Part shown: positions 24,692 through 38,886 of the stretch, piece by piece
Position numbering within the stretch: position 1 is the stretch's first letter
How the letters are laid out: each line of letters opens with the position of its first letter
Origin: Octopus vulgaris
Lineage: Eukaryota
Length of the DNA: 64,000 nt
Reading direction: 5' to 3'
Assembly (NCBI GenBank): GCA_951406725.2
Contig: OX597822.1
Coordinates: forward strand, 23,622,001 to 23,686,000
Made by a program: the position numbers and the translations under genes
Notes under the pieces: model-generated
Seen by the model: only the letters and a program-made list of their open reading frames with translations
The model's database searches: none
Told to the model about the DNA's origin: nothing

Positions 24692-26208
24692 ATTTTATAA
24701 GGACTTCCTTCCTTCCTTCCTTCCTTCCTTCCTTCCTTCCTTCCTTCCTTCCTTCATTCATTCATTCATTCCCTCCTTCCTTCCTTCCTTCCTTCCTTCC
24801 TTCCTTCTTCATTCACTTACTTCCCACCACTCTCGAGTGGAAAATCATGGGCCCCGCATTCTCCCTTCTGACTAAAAAGATTTTTCATAAGTACTTTCCT
24901 ATTATCGATAGTCACTTTTTTCTATTTACTTCAAGATTAGTCGACTTACACACTTTCGGAAGATCGATAAAATAAGTACCAGTTGAACACTGGGACCAAG
25001 GTAATCGACTTAACTACTCCTTGGCATGAGTATAAAAGACTGCATCTCTCTTCCAAGCGATGTCCATCCAGCCAGTGTGGCAGAATAGGACTCATCAAAC
25101 CAGTATGATCTCTGGCTCAAATTCACGGTCCCCACATCAGACCGTGGCTGGTGGAGAGAACATGCTGAGGCGTGCGTCCTGCAGTGGATTGAACATAGGC
25201 AATCCAATCCAATTCAATATGAAGGATTAGTAAATAGACCGTTACACTCGTGAGACGGGTGTAATAGTTAATTAGTGGTTTCTCAGAATAGCTCATGGAG
25301 AAGGAAAAGGACAAAAGAACTGGATGTTGTTTTCTTTCTGTGAAAGAATTTTTGTCCAAAAGATTCCATTCTTTTACATTGTTTGTTCTCCCATTCGTTT
25401 AGTAAATAAAAAAGTTGGCTGTCAGTAATAGGAAAATACCTTTTGTTTTTTTTTTAGGGAATCAAAATGGATCTTATATTGACGAAAACGATCTTACTGC
25501 AGTGCGGTAAGAAATCGATATTTCTACAATCAAATGTGGCGCGTTTGAAAATCAGAGGGTAATAACAGTGTAAAACTAAACTAGATCAGGTTGTGACCTA
25601 GTTCTCCATTCCTTGTTGCAGCAATTCAATTCCACCTCACTTCATGTCAAAAGCCAAAAAAAAAAAAAAAATAAATAAAAAAAGGAATGACGGTTTGGCT
25701 AAGACCCAATGCGTCGCAACGTCGCAATGTCTTGCGATGTTTGGAATTTTTGCTTATATCTACAAACATATGTTACTTAAACAGGAGTACCCCCCCACAC
25801 ACACACACACAGACATAGACACACAGACACGCACAGACACACACACACGGACGCACGCATACACACGCTCACACGCACAAGCACACACACACACAAACAT
25901 AAGCGCGCGCACACACACATATACATACATACGTGCACACCCAAATAATTTGACGTATACATAATTTAATATATATTTGTGTATGTATGCTTGTACGTAT
26001 TCGGTCATTAGACTGCGGCCATGCAGACAAAACCAACTTCTTAAAAGGGTTCAGTGCGTCAAATCCACCGCAATACTCATTTGTTAAATCTGATTGTTAT
26101 CTTATGGGTTCTGTTTTGCCGAACCGTTAAGCTAAGGCGACGTAAGTAACCTAAAACCGGTTATAATGAGTTCATAGATACACACACACACGCATACACA
26201 CGCACTAC

Positions 26209-26488
<280 letters not shown>

Positions 26489-26931
26489 CATCTGTCTGTC
26501 CGTCCGACTGTCTGTCCGTCCGTTTGTCTGTGTGTCTGTCTCTCTCTGTATCTATCTACCTAGTCCATAGATCCATACAGTCATACGTATATCCATCCAT
26601 CCATCCATCCATACATACATACATACATACATACATACATACATACATACATACATACATTCATACACACACATATACATGCATATACGCATGCACGCAT
26701 GTATGAATGTATGAATGCACGCACGCACATATACATGCATACATACACGCATGCATACATGCATATATACATACTTACGCATTCTTTAACTTATTTGTGT
26801 CATTACATTGGGCAATGCTATCACACTGGATCAAGGGGCAATACTATGACACTAGATCAAGCATAGTTTACTTCAATCAGATCTATTCACAAGACATTGG
26901 TGGCCCCGTGGGCTATAGTAGAAGACAGTTA

Positions 26932-27095
26932 GTCGCCATGATAGATCGTTAGCCACTACACACATTTTTTCTCTCCTTGTTTTTTTGTGTCCCTTTCTGT
27001 AGAAGAGCGTAGGCTTCCTGAGCGTTATACTAATACATCTGTTTGTTTTGTACACCACCTGTCTTCGTCTTTTGTTTTTTTCGTAAACTCTTCCT
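26932..27095 (+). mobile_element. PLE pseudo-LTR copy with the HHR partly deleted, nested in a SINE-B remnant
   Basis: TCGCCATGATAGATCG.TAGCCACTACAC as at 17343; the GAAA box is missing. Confidence 0.7.
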
Positions 27096-27370
27096 ATAGT
27101 AGATGACACTTTGCTCAAGATAGCATGCAGTAGGAATGAACCCAACATCATGTGTTTGGAAGACGAAACTTCTTAACCACTCAACAATGCTGAACGATTT
27201 CGTTTTCAGTTACTTTTTAACATATTGCACTTCTCTTTGAAATGTTGGTGTTCCTTGGTTATGAAAATTATTTTGGCGATTGTCCCTTCTGATCAAAAGG
27301 GTTTTCCGATCAGAACTGAGCCGAAACTGCAACAAGAACAACAAGGAAACAACAACGATAACTGCATCAA

Positions 27371-27449
<79 letters not shown>

Positions 27450-27538
27450 TCCGTTCTAATACGTCAATATTATATATATGTGAATGTATGTGTGTGTATA
27501 CATACATATACTCATATACACATGTAGACATATAATTT

Positions 27539-27600
<62 letters not shown>

Positions 27601-27749
27601 TGTATGTATGTATATGTATATATATATATATATGTGCCCCAGCATGGCCACAGCTCATTAGCTGAAACTGGAAAAATCAAAATCAAAATCAAAATCATAT
27701 ATATATGTGTGTGTGTGTGTGTATTTATATATATGTGTATATATATACC

Positions 27750-27958
27750 ACGGAGATGCAGCACGGACTTTGTCAGTGAACAGGTCGCGGATTTTAGCGA
27801 CGAAAATATTTTGACAAATTAAACTTAAATGTTGGAGTGAATCGAACGGCTTTTGTGTGTTTCTTAAATGGCTTATAAACACCTCCCACGCTGCAATTGT
27901 TTTCGTTTCAGCACACGATCTCAGATCAAATTACTTGCTATGCGAGTACATCTCCGTA
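27750..27958 (+). mobile_element. Short interspersed pseudo-LTR-like family (also 2738-2800, 3272-3344, 46055-46378, 61797-61932)
   Basis: Shared GTCAGTGAACAGGTCGCGG..CGACGAAAATAT..AAATGGCTTATAAAC. Confidence 0.7.
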
Positions 27959-28006
27959 ATGTATATATATATGTATACATATATGGGTATATATCTATAC
28001 ATATAT

Positions 28007-28061
<55 letters not shown>

Positions 28062-28556
28062 TACACACATGTATATGCATGCATGTGTATGTGCATATAT
28101 ATACACACGCACACACATATATATGCATGCGTGTGTATATACATACATTCATATATATATGTATGCGCGCGCGCGTGTGTGCCCTGACAAAAGCTCGTTA
28201 AATTTAGAAACCCTTAAACGACTGTGGGAACGTTTTGTCTGTAAACCCAAACAAGACAAATTCTTTTTTCAAAATCTTCAATTCTTTATTTTCTTCTTTT
28301 CAGTTCTTTCTCCGTATAAACCAAGAAGACAAGAAACAACAGATTTTTGCTTATTTTATCTTATTTTCTGTTTTTTTTTTGTTTGCTTTATCTGTATTAT
28401 TCTAAGTTTCTTTCTTGTCTTATATTTTTTTTGTCTTGGTGATGGTGCTCGTGGTGTTGAGGGGGTATGGTCAGGATGATAAAACAATTGTCTTTCTCGA
28501 CTAGTTTATGCAGAAGTAGGTCAGCCATGGAACTGATAACAAAACCAAATTTCATA

Positions 28557-28643
<87 letters not shown>

Positions 28644-28705
28644 TATATATATATGCATGTATATATGTGTGTGTGTGTGTGTGTGTTCGCGCGCGTGTGT
28701 GTGTG

Positions 28706-28755
<50 letters not shown>

Positions 28756-28858
28756 GACATATGTATTGTATATATACGTGCGTGAGTGCATCCGTGTCTG
28801 TTTCTCTGTGTAGGCATGGGTGATATGCATTTGTGCATGTGTGTATATGTATATATGT

Positions 28859-28937
<79 letters not shown>

Positions 28938-29026
28938 TAGATAGATAGATAGATATAGATGTAGATAGTTAGATAACTAGAGAGAGAGGTGTGGAGAGAG
29001 AGGGAGAGCGTGTGAGAGTGTATGTA

Positions 29027-29228
29027 TTTGTGTGTCTGTGTTTGTCTCCCACTACCATCGCTTGACAACCGATGCTGGTGTGTTTACGCCCCCGTAACTT
29101 AGCGGTTCGCCAAAAGACACCGATAGAATAAGTACTAGGCTTACAAAGAATAAGCCCTGGGCTCGATTTGTTCGACTAAAGCGGTGCTCCAGCATGGCTA
29201 CAGTCAAATGACTGAAACAAGTAAAAGA
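29027..29228 (+). mobile_element. SINE-B 3' half
   Basis: Consensus body and tail GGTGCTCCAGCATGG..GACTGAAACAAG. Confidence 0.85.
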
Positions 29229-29629
29229 AAAAAAAGAACTTTAATTTAAGATTTTACATAGCCTAGTGGTTAGGGTATTACATTCATGATAATGAGATCA
29301 TAGTTTCAATTCCCGGACCGGGTGGTGCGTTGTGGTCTTGAGCACAATGCTTCATCTCACGCCACTCTGAAATCGCTTCGACACCTGACTCGTCACACAC
29401 AGTGCACCACTTCAAGCAACGTCAATTCCATTGAGCGAGTGAGTGACGTACAGCACAAACATTTGGTCACTATAAATAAATTATTTGTGCTGGTCATCCA
29501 GCAAGAAATCGCAGAACTGTCCTTCTTGGACTACAAGAGGCAGCCATCAATTCGAGATCTGACAATATGATCGTTTTATTATAAACAGATTATCGTGTTC
29601 CATTATACATATACAGACATACATGTGTT

Positions 29630-29673
<44 letters not shown>

Positions 29674-29911
29674 ATAAAAATTTCTTAAACATAGCCACGA
29701 AACACGTGTCGTTGTTCTACCAAATATATACGTTTTTATTATTATTCTGCAATTTACTTAATCATCGGTATAGTATTGTTATTTTATTGTTAATATTTCT
29801 ATTATATGTAATTTTCTAGATTAATTGTTCATTTTGAATTGATAAAAAGTGTTTTTTTAAAAATTTTTATATATATATTATATTTTGTGAAATTTGATTT
29901 AGTATTTCTAA

Positions 29912-29954
29912 ATTGAATTTTTCCCTGTAAGTTAGGAATAATTTTCCCTCAAAT

Positions 29955-29992
<38 letters not shown>

Positions 29993-30044
29993 AATAATAA
30001 TAATAATTTGAGGGAAAATTATTCCTAACTTACAGGGAAAAATT

Positions 30045-30048
<4 letters not shown>
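29912..30048. repeat. Perfect 49-bp inverted repeat around a (TA)n spacer
   Basis: ATTGAATTTTTCCCTGTAAGTTAGGAATAATTTTCCCTCAAATTATTAT and its reverse complement. Confidence 0.92.
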
Positions 30049-30093
<45 letters not shown>

Positions 30094-30234
30094 CATCGTG
30101 CTTCTTTCAGTTTCCGTCTACCAAATACACACACAAGGCTTTGGTCGGCTCGAGGATATTGTAGAAGACAGTTGCCCAAGGTGCCGCGCAGTGGGACTGA
30201 AACCGGAACCATGCGGTTGGGAAGTAAGCTTCTT

Positions 30235-31193
30235 TATTTCTTTTAAATTGCCATAAAGTCATTACATAGAAGGGGACAATACAACACATGTGGGGAGATA
30301 TAACAATTAAAATAGAAATACGATGCTATGAATGACACATGAAAATGAACATGAAAAACATTAAAATCAAAATATCAAAATAATGATACATGAATGATAA
30401 CTTGAGAAATGAGAATATGAAAAGAGTCCTGAGTCCTCTTTAGTCTTTGATCTAGTCTTTCGTTTACCGTTTTCCGCATCGCTGAGTGACAACACCCTCT
30501 CCTCCGTGTACATGTAACCATTTTCACCATAATGAGGTCCAGTTTTTTTCCTCTCCATCCTCCGTCCTCCGTTTCTGTGGCTTGGAGGACAGCCACCTCC
30601 TCCTCACTTCCAACGAGGATGGCTGCCGCAACCCCACCCACTTCTATATCTGGCGGAATTCCTTCTACCCTCACCTTGGAAGTCTTTTTTCCAAGGTACG
30701 TGGGTAGAAGTACCACTTCCTCCGTTTTTACAGTTGCACTTGTCAGCCTCTTTGCCTCCTCCGCTGTCCTAAGCTGGACAACCACCGTCCCATATCCACT
30801 TCCTTTCGCTATGTATGCTACTTCCTTCGAAAGCCCCTTCAATGAATTTTCTACTTTTTCCATCTCCATCCGCTCCACCTTCCTACTCTCCACTGTAGGT
30901 AATGGTCTTCTTTTCCATATTTTCCATATTTTCCCTAACCTTTTTCGGGGTTAATAACTTTACGTCACCGGCTAGATCCACCTCTGCAGACTCTTTACTC
31001 TTTCCATTCTCGTTCATTCTATTTACCGCTTTAACGAGCTTCTCCTCTGCTGAGGACAGCTCATACTTGCTAAGGTTCGAATACATTCCTTTCCACCGGT
31101 ACAACACTCACTAACAAACCGCTGCCAAGCAGCACCAAAAGTTTCCGCCCGACTCGTCAAAAATCAACATAGCAAATAGATCGACGCATGCGC
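30235..31193 (-). mobile_element. ORF1-only Tx1/L1-like retroelement with a 16-bp TSD
   Basis: TSD GGGAAGTAAGCTTCTT at 30219-30234 and 31194-31209; tail TATTGTCCCCTTC...TATGGCAATTTAAAAGAAATA. Confidence 0.85.
30520..31090 (-). pseudogene. Tx1/L1-like ORF1 (gag-like) N-terminal half, frameshifted
   Basis: YIAKGSGYGTVVVQL...VLLPTYLGKKTSKVRVEGIPPDI; homologous to 39020-39471. Confidence 0.7.
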
Positions 31194-31229
31194 GGGAAGT
31201 AAGCTTCTTACCACACAACCACCCGTGCG

Positions 31230-31700
<471 letters not shown>

Positions 31701-31758
31701 ATATATATATATATATGTATATATATGTATATATATATGTATATATATATATACGCAC

Positions 31759-31852
<94 letters not shown>

Positions 31853-32101
31853 ATACACAAGGTAAACATATCTATATAACTATGAAATGAGTATAGTTAT
31901 CAGGAACTCTAGAGTCAGAATTAATACGTAACGATAGTTGAACACACATCGTCTATACCAGACAATTCTTTAATTGCTTCAAATTTCCCCAAACAAGGCC
32001 ACAAGTTACTTTGTCGCAGCCTACGGAGGTGAAGGTTGTCAGCCATAAATGCCAGCAATATATATACATACATACATACATACATACATACACACACACA
32101 C

Positions 32102-32134
<33 letters not shown>

Positions 32135-33117
32135 TGTATGTATGTATGTATGTATGTATATATATATACATACATACACATAGATACAGTTGAAAGATGG
32201 TTGTAAAATAATTGTTAAAGAGACGTTAAACATATGACGAGATAGTAATAAAAGAAGTGAAAGATTACTGAACTTATGGCAATAAAATAAAGTAACCGAG
32301 ATGACAATAAATGAGCTAATAAAATGGAAGTAAATAAGATGGCAATAAAAAGACACAAAAAAATGGGATAAAAATATTAAAAGGAAAGAAACCACAAACT
32401 TTACGTAAGCTGTAAGTTAACTGTAAGTTTGAACCAGTGTGCCGTGGAATGTGTGTGTGCCACGTCTCTTACACAGGTACCCGCGATTTTGTGTTTCCTT
32501 TTTCGGGAATCGGGGAGATGCTTAAGGTATTTAAAATCTTTTACTGATTTTAGTGTATTGTACCGGTATAGATGTATTTACTTACTTCCTCAAAGTCTAA
32601 CCGTTGACCTCATCGTGGTGGGAAGGTTAAACGAGTGAGTATCAGAGCTATACCGTCAGGTGCGGGGGTTTTGAGTCCATGGCAGGGTTGCCCAAGGCGG
32701 ACAGGTCTGATCTCGGCGGTGCTAGCGCAGGAACCCGGCTAAGTGGAGGGCAATAGTGAATTCCAGGCAGCATCTGTCCGGCGGCTTCCTGGTGGCGTTG
32801 AATCGCGTCTGTGGGCATTCTGCGGCGGGAAGACGTAACACGAAGATGATTTGCCACAGGTCGTGTATAGTGGCTTATGAATACAGACGGGAACTGTTTT
32901 CGCAGACTTTGATCATCCCTTGAAATCCCTATGAACTCAATATGAACGGGTTTAACCCTTCCCCCAGGTGCCGTTACAAGACAAAGAAGACTTATTTACA
33001 ACAATATACAATGCATGCTCCAGCTTTGATTCAAAGTGATATGAATATTTGTTATCTGTATGGTTAAAATCTTTCTAAAACGCTGATACCGTGCTCTAAC
33101 AATTCTAACGCCTTATT

Positions 33118-33402
33118 CAGCGAACCGTGCGTGGATCAAAACAGAAATGCAAAAAGGCTTTGCTCAGTGATCCGTGGCTCAAAAGTGTTGAAAATAAATG
33201 ATTCAGTGAAACCTGGATAGAAAAAAAAATGCTAAACATCTCTGATCAGTGATCTGTGGATGAAAAAAAATTAAATCTGTGGTCAGTGAACGGTGGATCA
33301 AAAAGTGTTGAAAATCCCAGGTCAGTGAACAATGGATCAAAAAATGCTACAAAAATCTCTTGTCAATGATCTGCGGATCAAATTTGTTTTAAAATCTCAG
33401 TC
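33118..33402. repeat. Degenerate tandem repeat of about 39 bp, about 7 units
   Basis: Recurring TCAGTGA(A/T)C.GTGGATCAAAAA. Confidence 0.8.
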
Positions 33403-33793
33403 CATTGAGAAGATAGCTGGTATATGGTGAATTCGTGTACACTGTTTTTACACTGTTTTTTTAACCACTTTTTAAAACCAATTAAACCATTTTTAACCGT
33501 TTTAAACCATTTTAAACATTAAAAAATTTTTAAACCACCGTTAAACTTTTTTTAACCCCAGTTCCTTTCGTTTACTCACTTTTTCAGCACCTTTCGTTTA
33601 CTCACTTTTTGCTTGAAAACCGCCCACCTCATCATTTTTGATATACACACACGTAATATCAGGCCAGGGTAAAATAGTTCAAGGGTGCTTGTATGATGCG
33701 AGTGACTACTTACCACAGCACCACTCTATTATAAGTGAATACTGTAAACATAAGCGACTTTGTTTATTTGCTTATTCACTTTTCAAAGTCTAT

Positions 33794-33881
<88 letters not shown>

Positions 33882-33959
33882 TTATTATTGCTATTGGTGT
33901 TGTCAATATTGGCATTATTATTGTCGGTGTTGTGATTCTAGCTGACTAGTAGGCACTTT

Positions 33960-34150
33960 ACTATCGTTTGCACGCCGGGCAAATTGCTTACCAAGCATTT
34001 CGTCCGTCTTTACGTTCTGAGTTCAAATTCTGCCGGGGTCGACTTTGCCATTCATTCCCCTCTGGGTCGATAAAATAAACACCAGTTGAGTACTCAGTCA
34101 TTGTAATCGCCTTACTCCCTTCCCGAAATTGCTGGCCTTGTGCCAAAATT
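33960..34150 (+). mobile_element. SINE-A copy
   Basis: GTTCTGAGTTCAAATTC..GTCGACTTTGCC. Confidence 0.75.
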
Positions 34151-34484
34151 ATTATTAGTAGTATTATTATCATTTATGGTTCCCTTTCATAACTTTATTT
34201 CAGCTGCCTTAGTACCGAGGCCAAATGACGCAAGGGCATTTTTGTTTTTGTTATGCATGCTAAAATTACTACCACATTTATTCCATTTTAGATGGAGAGT
34301 GCTTTCCGTACACGGAGATTGGAGTTACCAAGGAGTTGCTTAATATACTTCTCAGCTTAATATACTTCTTTTTCATTCCCAAAGCACCAATTATTACTGG
34401 TATTATCGTAGTACTAAGCCTCCACATTTTTGTGGTTTCAATTTGCCGATCTTTATAGTGAGAAGGCTTTTCGTATTATTATTA

Positions 34485-34575
<91 letters not shown>

Positions 34576-34589
34576 TTATTATTATTATT

Positions 34590-34930
34590 GAGTGAGAGAG
34601 CAGTGCATGCCATCAAAGTGACACTGGAGTAAAATATAAGAAGCCAGTATACCCATCATGACTACCCGTCTGATAAGGGTACACTAGGCACATGCATCAC
34701 AACCATATGTGCATGACATGGTGATCTCATATCAAGATAAACAGCACATGACCTTACAGGTGGGGCCCAGTTAGAATTTTCTTCTGGTCAAGTAATCCAT
34801 CCTGCTCAAAAGGTCCTTGAATAAGGGTTGTTTAAGGATGTTGAACGAAACACCCATGTTTCCAGAGGTGAATAATTCAAACCCCAAAGAATCCCACTCA
34901 ACACATGGCTATGATGCTCCCCAATACTTA
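34590..34930 (-). mobile_element. About 340-bp interspersed element embedded in a (TAT)n tract
   Basis: Complex sequence with sharp ends and long (TAT)n on both sides; strand inferred. Confidence 0.5.
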
Positions 34931-34931
34931 C

Positions 34932-35008
<77 letters not shown>

Positions 35009-35009
35009 C

Positions 35010-35046
<37 letters not shown>

Positions 35047-36505
35047 GTTATTATTATTATCATTATTTTGCAACAAGCAAGAATGTTAGTCCTAAAATCT
35101 CTCTGAGAGATCAAGGCAGTAGTTATACTGACAAGTAATATTCGTAGCCTGTGTGTTCGCTTGAAATATATATATATTGCGTGCAGAAGCGAGCTGCTAT
35201 CAGCTCAAGCAGACGAGGTGACTAGTACTAAGGAGTGGCAAAAATAGCCCGAAGCCACGACTTGTCTATTGGTCCCGTCGCTAAAAGATGGTAGAGGATT
35301 CGCTCCCCTGCTCGAAATTTTATCAGATGCAGCTGTGCACCGTTAACTAACCAACTAGAAGAGTAGTCTTTTTGGGATTAAAAAAATCGCGGTGGAGTCC
35401 GCTCGAACGGACAGCCATGTTAAAGTGGCTCGAATATTACTTATTATTATTACTTATTATTATTATTATTATTATTGGTATTAATATTGCCTTTGTTGCT
35501 GTGATTGTAGCTGGTTAATAAGCAATTTATCGTGATATTATATTTAATACTTTTTAAAGTTAATATTTAAACAGGAGTCAAAGACTAGCTGTTACAACAC
35601 TACATAATTGCCAGAACTTCCATTACGTCTGCTTGCTTCGAGATGAGTCATAAACCGGCAGCTGAACCTTTAAGGCTCCGAACATATGCAACATATAATT
35701 CAAAACTACTACAGGGTTTATATAGCTCGCCTGTGATATGGTAACCTTACGTCCTTTGGGAATGCTTTTCAAACCAGGGTTATTTCAACAGATTTTTCTA
35801 CATATTACACAAGAGTTATGATCATAAAAAATGCATAGATGCATCTATCAACCCTTTGTCCCTAGTGCCCATATAAAATTTTTAGCGACACCTCCCCGCA
35901 TCCCGAGAGCGGCACCGCCCACTTTCAGAAGCACTGGTGTAAACTATAAATTCTTCCCTAGTTTTTAAAAAAAATCTCTCTTCGAAAATAAAAATGAAAT
36001 CAAGAATCCAACTTTCTTCCTTCCTTGTGTTTAAGACCCTTAGACGTTAGCTATTGCCATGATATAAAAACTTGGGTGTACTGAAGCGACCAGTTCGAAT
36101 CCTACGTCTTCTCTGGCAGCATTTCTTGTAGAACTTGATCGTAGAACGTTTCTGTAAGTCGAACTATTTTATTTTTGATTTCCGCTGGAAAAACTGGGTT
36201 GCGATTTATACTCGAGGAAAGGTTGAATATGAAAGTGGAAAAATTGGTTCCAAGATTTAGCATAAAATAAGGGATCCAGCTAATACAGAATACGGTAGGT
36301 TATAAAATGTGTGTGTGTGTGGGGGGGGGATTCCATTACGCTTAGGAGTATAATGGAATTCAAGACCAATGCATGTCACGTTTTCTATTGAAGTCTGGAA
36401 ATATTTTACCTCACTAAAGGCAACGAAAACTAATGTACGCCACAACTTCCTATTTCCTCTTGTACTGAGAACATGGTCGTGGTTGTAATAAACGATTATT
36501 ATAGA

Positions 36506-36831
36506 AGATGAAGAAGAGAGGGGGTAAGAAGAAGAAGAAGGAGGAGGAGGAGGAGGAGGAGGAGTTCATGAAAAAACAGGAAGAGGAGGAGGAGGGAAAA
36601 GGGGATTATGTGAAAGGGAAAATAGAAGAACGAGGAAGAGATGAAGAAGAAGACGACGAAGCAGAAGAAGAAGAAGAAGAAGAAAGTGACGATAGAGGAG
36701 GAAGGGTTCACCAAAAAACAGGAGGAAGGGGCGGAGGAGGAGGAGGAGGAAGAGAGGCATGATGTGAAAGGGAAAAAAAGAAGAACGAGGAAGAGATGAT
36801 GAAAAAATTGAAGAAGAAGAAGAAGAAGAAG

Positions 36832-36862
<31 letters not shown>

Positions 36863-36994
36863 GACGAGGGAGGAGGAAGGGTTCACCAAAAAAAACAGGA
36901 GGAATGGGCGGAGGAGGAAGAGGGGGATAATGTGAAAGGGAAGAAAAAGAAGAACGAGGAAGAGATGAAGAAGAAGAAGAAGAAGAAGAAGAAG

Positions 36995-37025
<31 letters not shown>

Positions 37026-37026
37026 C
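36506..37026. repeat. Purine-rich compound tandem repeat, about 3 units with (GAA)n/(GAG)n
   Basis: Recurring AAAAAACAGGA and ATGTGAAAGGGAA..GAAGAACGAGGAAGAGATGA. Confidence 0.85.
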
Positions 37027-37794
37027 ATAAACCTTCTAAAAATAGAACAGAACTAGGTCACTATGCATTAACCTACATCTACATAGGAAAAAGTCAGTTG
37101 CTTGAAACGGGAGATGAAAGTCCCTCGCCTTTTCTGACTTGTTCCTACAATTGCCGTTATGAATAAAATGTAGTCTCTCGCCGTTCACGCTTTATCAATG
37201 TTGTAGGACTCGCTTTTAGGCAAGGGAGCCTTTTAACAAAACAATCTGCTATTAATCGTAACGGTTCCTTGGTCCTTTTTTATTGTTGTTGTTGGTGTTG
37301 TTGTTGCTGCTGCTGTTGCTGCTGCTCAGTTGGCATAAAAGGGCAAAAGGAAATGAGAAAAAAATGATAATGGATATAGGGTATTGATATATGTTAACTG
37401 CCGAAATAGCAAGTCAGAAATGGTTAATTAATTAAAGGGTTGTCTCGTTGGAACTGATCTAGGGTTAAGCAACACCAACACACACAACAATGATAACATA
37501 CAGTGGAATCGAACGCTCGTATCTCATTGTTGGAAAACGAACTTAACAAATCTATGAGGCATGGCAATGTGGTAAAAAAACGTTCTTCCCTAACTACATG
37601 GTTCTGGGTTCAGTCCCACTACGTGAAACCTTTGGAATTTGTTCTCTACTGTAGTCTCAGGTTGACCAAAGCCTTGTGAGTTGATTTGGTTGACGGAAAC
37701 TGAAAGAAGCCCGCTATATAGCTATCCATGGTCACATTGCTTAAATGCCCGCCAAGTTTAGTGGTGCAACACAATTGGATAGATCAATTTACAT

Positions 37795-38004
37795 GTTGGT
37801 TTCAAGTCTTGGTTCAAGACCAACAAAATCGGGGAAGGGGATAAGTCCATTACACCGACCCCAGTGCTCAGCTGGTACTTATTTTACCGCCCCCAAGAGG
37901 ATCAAAAGCAAAAACGGCTTCAGCAGAATTTGAACTCAGAACATAAAGACAAATGAAATGCTGCTAAGCATATTGTCTGGTGTGCTAACAATTCAGCCAA
38001 CCGC

Positions 38005-38088
<84 letters not shown>

Positions 38089-38301
38089 CCTTTCTAATAA
38101 AGGCAGAAGGCCTGAAATTTTGAGCGAGGGGCTATGTTGATTATACCGACCCCAGTGCTCAGCTGGTATTCATTTTATCGACGTCGAAAGGATGAAAGGC
38201 AAAAACGACCTGCGCAGAATTTGAACTCAGAACGTAAAGACGGGCGAAGTGCCGCCAAGCATTTTACCCAGCTTTACTACCGATTCTGCCAGTTCGCCGC
38301 C
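37795..38301 (-). mobile_element. Two SINE-A copies separated by (AAT)n
   Basis: AATTTGAACTCAGAAC in both. Confidence 0.75.
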
Positions 38302-38554
38302 TTGAGATTTATTTACATATTAAACAGGGAAGTGATATGCACATATTAATTGCTGGCAAGGATACGGTGTCCCGTTTTGCAACAATAATATATAACGAAG
38401 TATATTAAAGGCTTACAAGTCAATATTGTGTCGTATTCTGTGTTAGCAGTGCGATATTCTCACTTTTATGGTTATCTCTATAGATTTCCTATGTGATTGA
38501 TTGAGTGATTGATTGATTAACCAACTGACTAAACAGTTAATCGATTAGTTTATT

Positions 38555-38886
38555 CTTTTATTATTTTACTTGTTTCAGTCATTTGACTGCGGCCATGCTG
38601 GATATTCTTTGTAAGCCTAGTATTTATTCTATCGGTCTGTTTTGCCGAACTGCTAAGTTACTGGGACGTAAATACACCAGCATCGGTTGTCAAGCGATGG
38701 TGGGGGACTCACACAGACACACAAACATACATATATATATATATCCGCCGGGCTTCTTTCAGTTTCCATCTACCAAATCCACTCACAAGGCTTTGGTTGG
38801 CCCAAGTCTATAGTAGGAGACACTTGTCCAAGGTGCCACGCAGTGGGACTGAACTCAGAACCATGTGGTTGGTAAGCAAGCTACTT
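38555..38886 (-). mobile_element. SINE-B, head interrupted at the target site
   Basis: Ends at GGTAAGCAAGCTACTT, then foreign sequence. Confidence 0.85.

Noticed and set aside
25020-25255. Possible coding exon
   Set aside because: A short open frame with no recognisable homology or clear splice sites.
32638-32648. LTR-retrotransposon tRNA-Met primer-binding site (GTATCAGAGC)
   Set aside because: It lacks the leading TG, no LTR end precedes it, and no gag-pol follows.
33118-33402. CRISPR-like repeat-spacer appearance
   Set aside because: Repeats are degenerate, spacers are related to each other, the context is eukaryotic and there are no cas genes.
36508-36762. Acidic/basic E/K-rich protein
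   Set aside because: A purine-rich tandem repeat.
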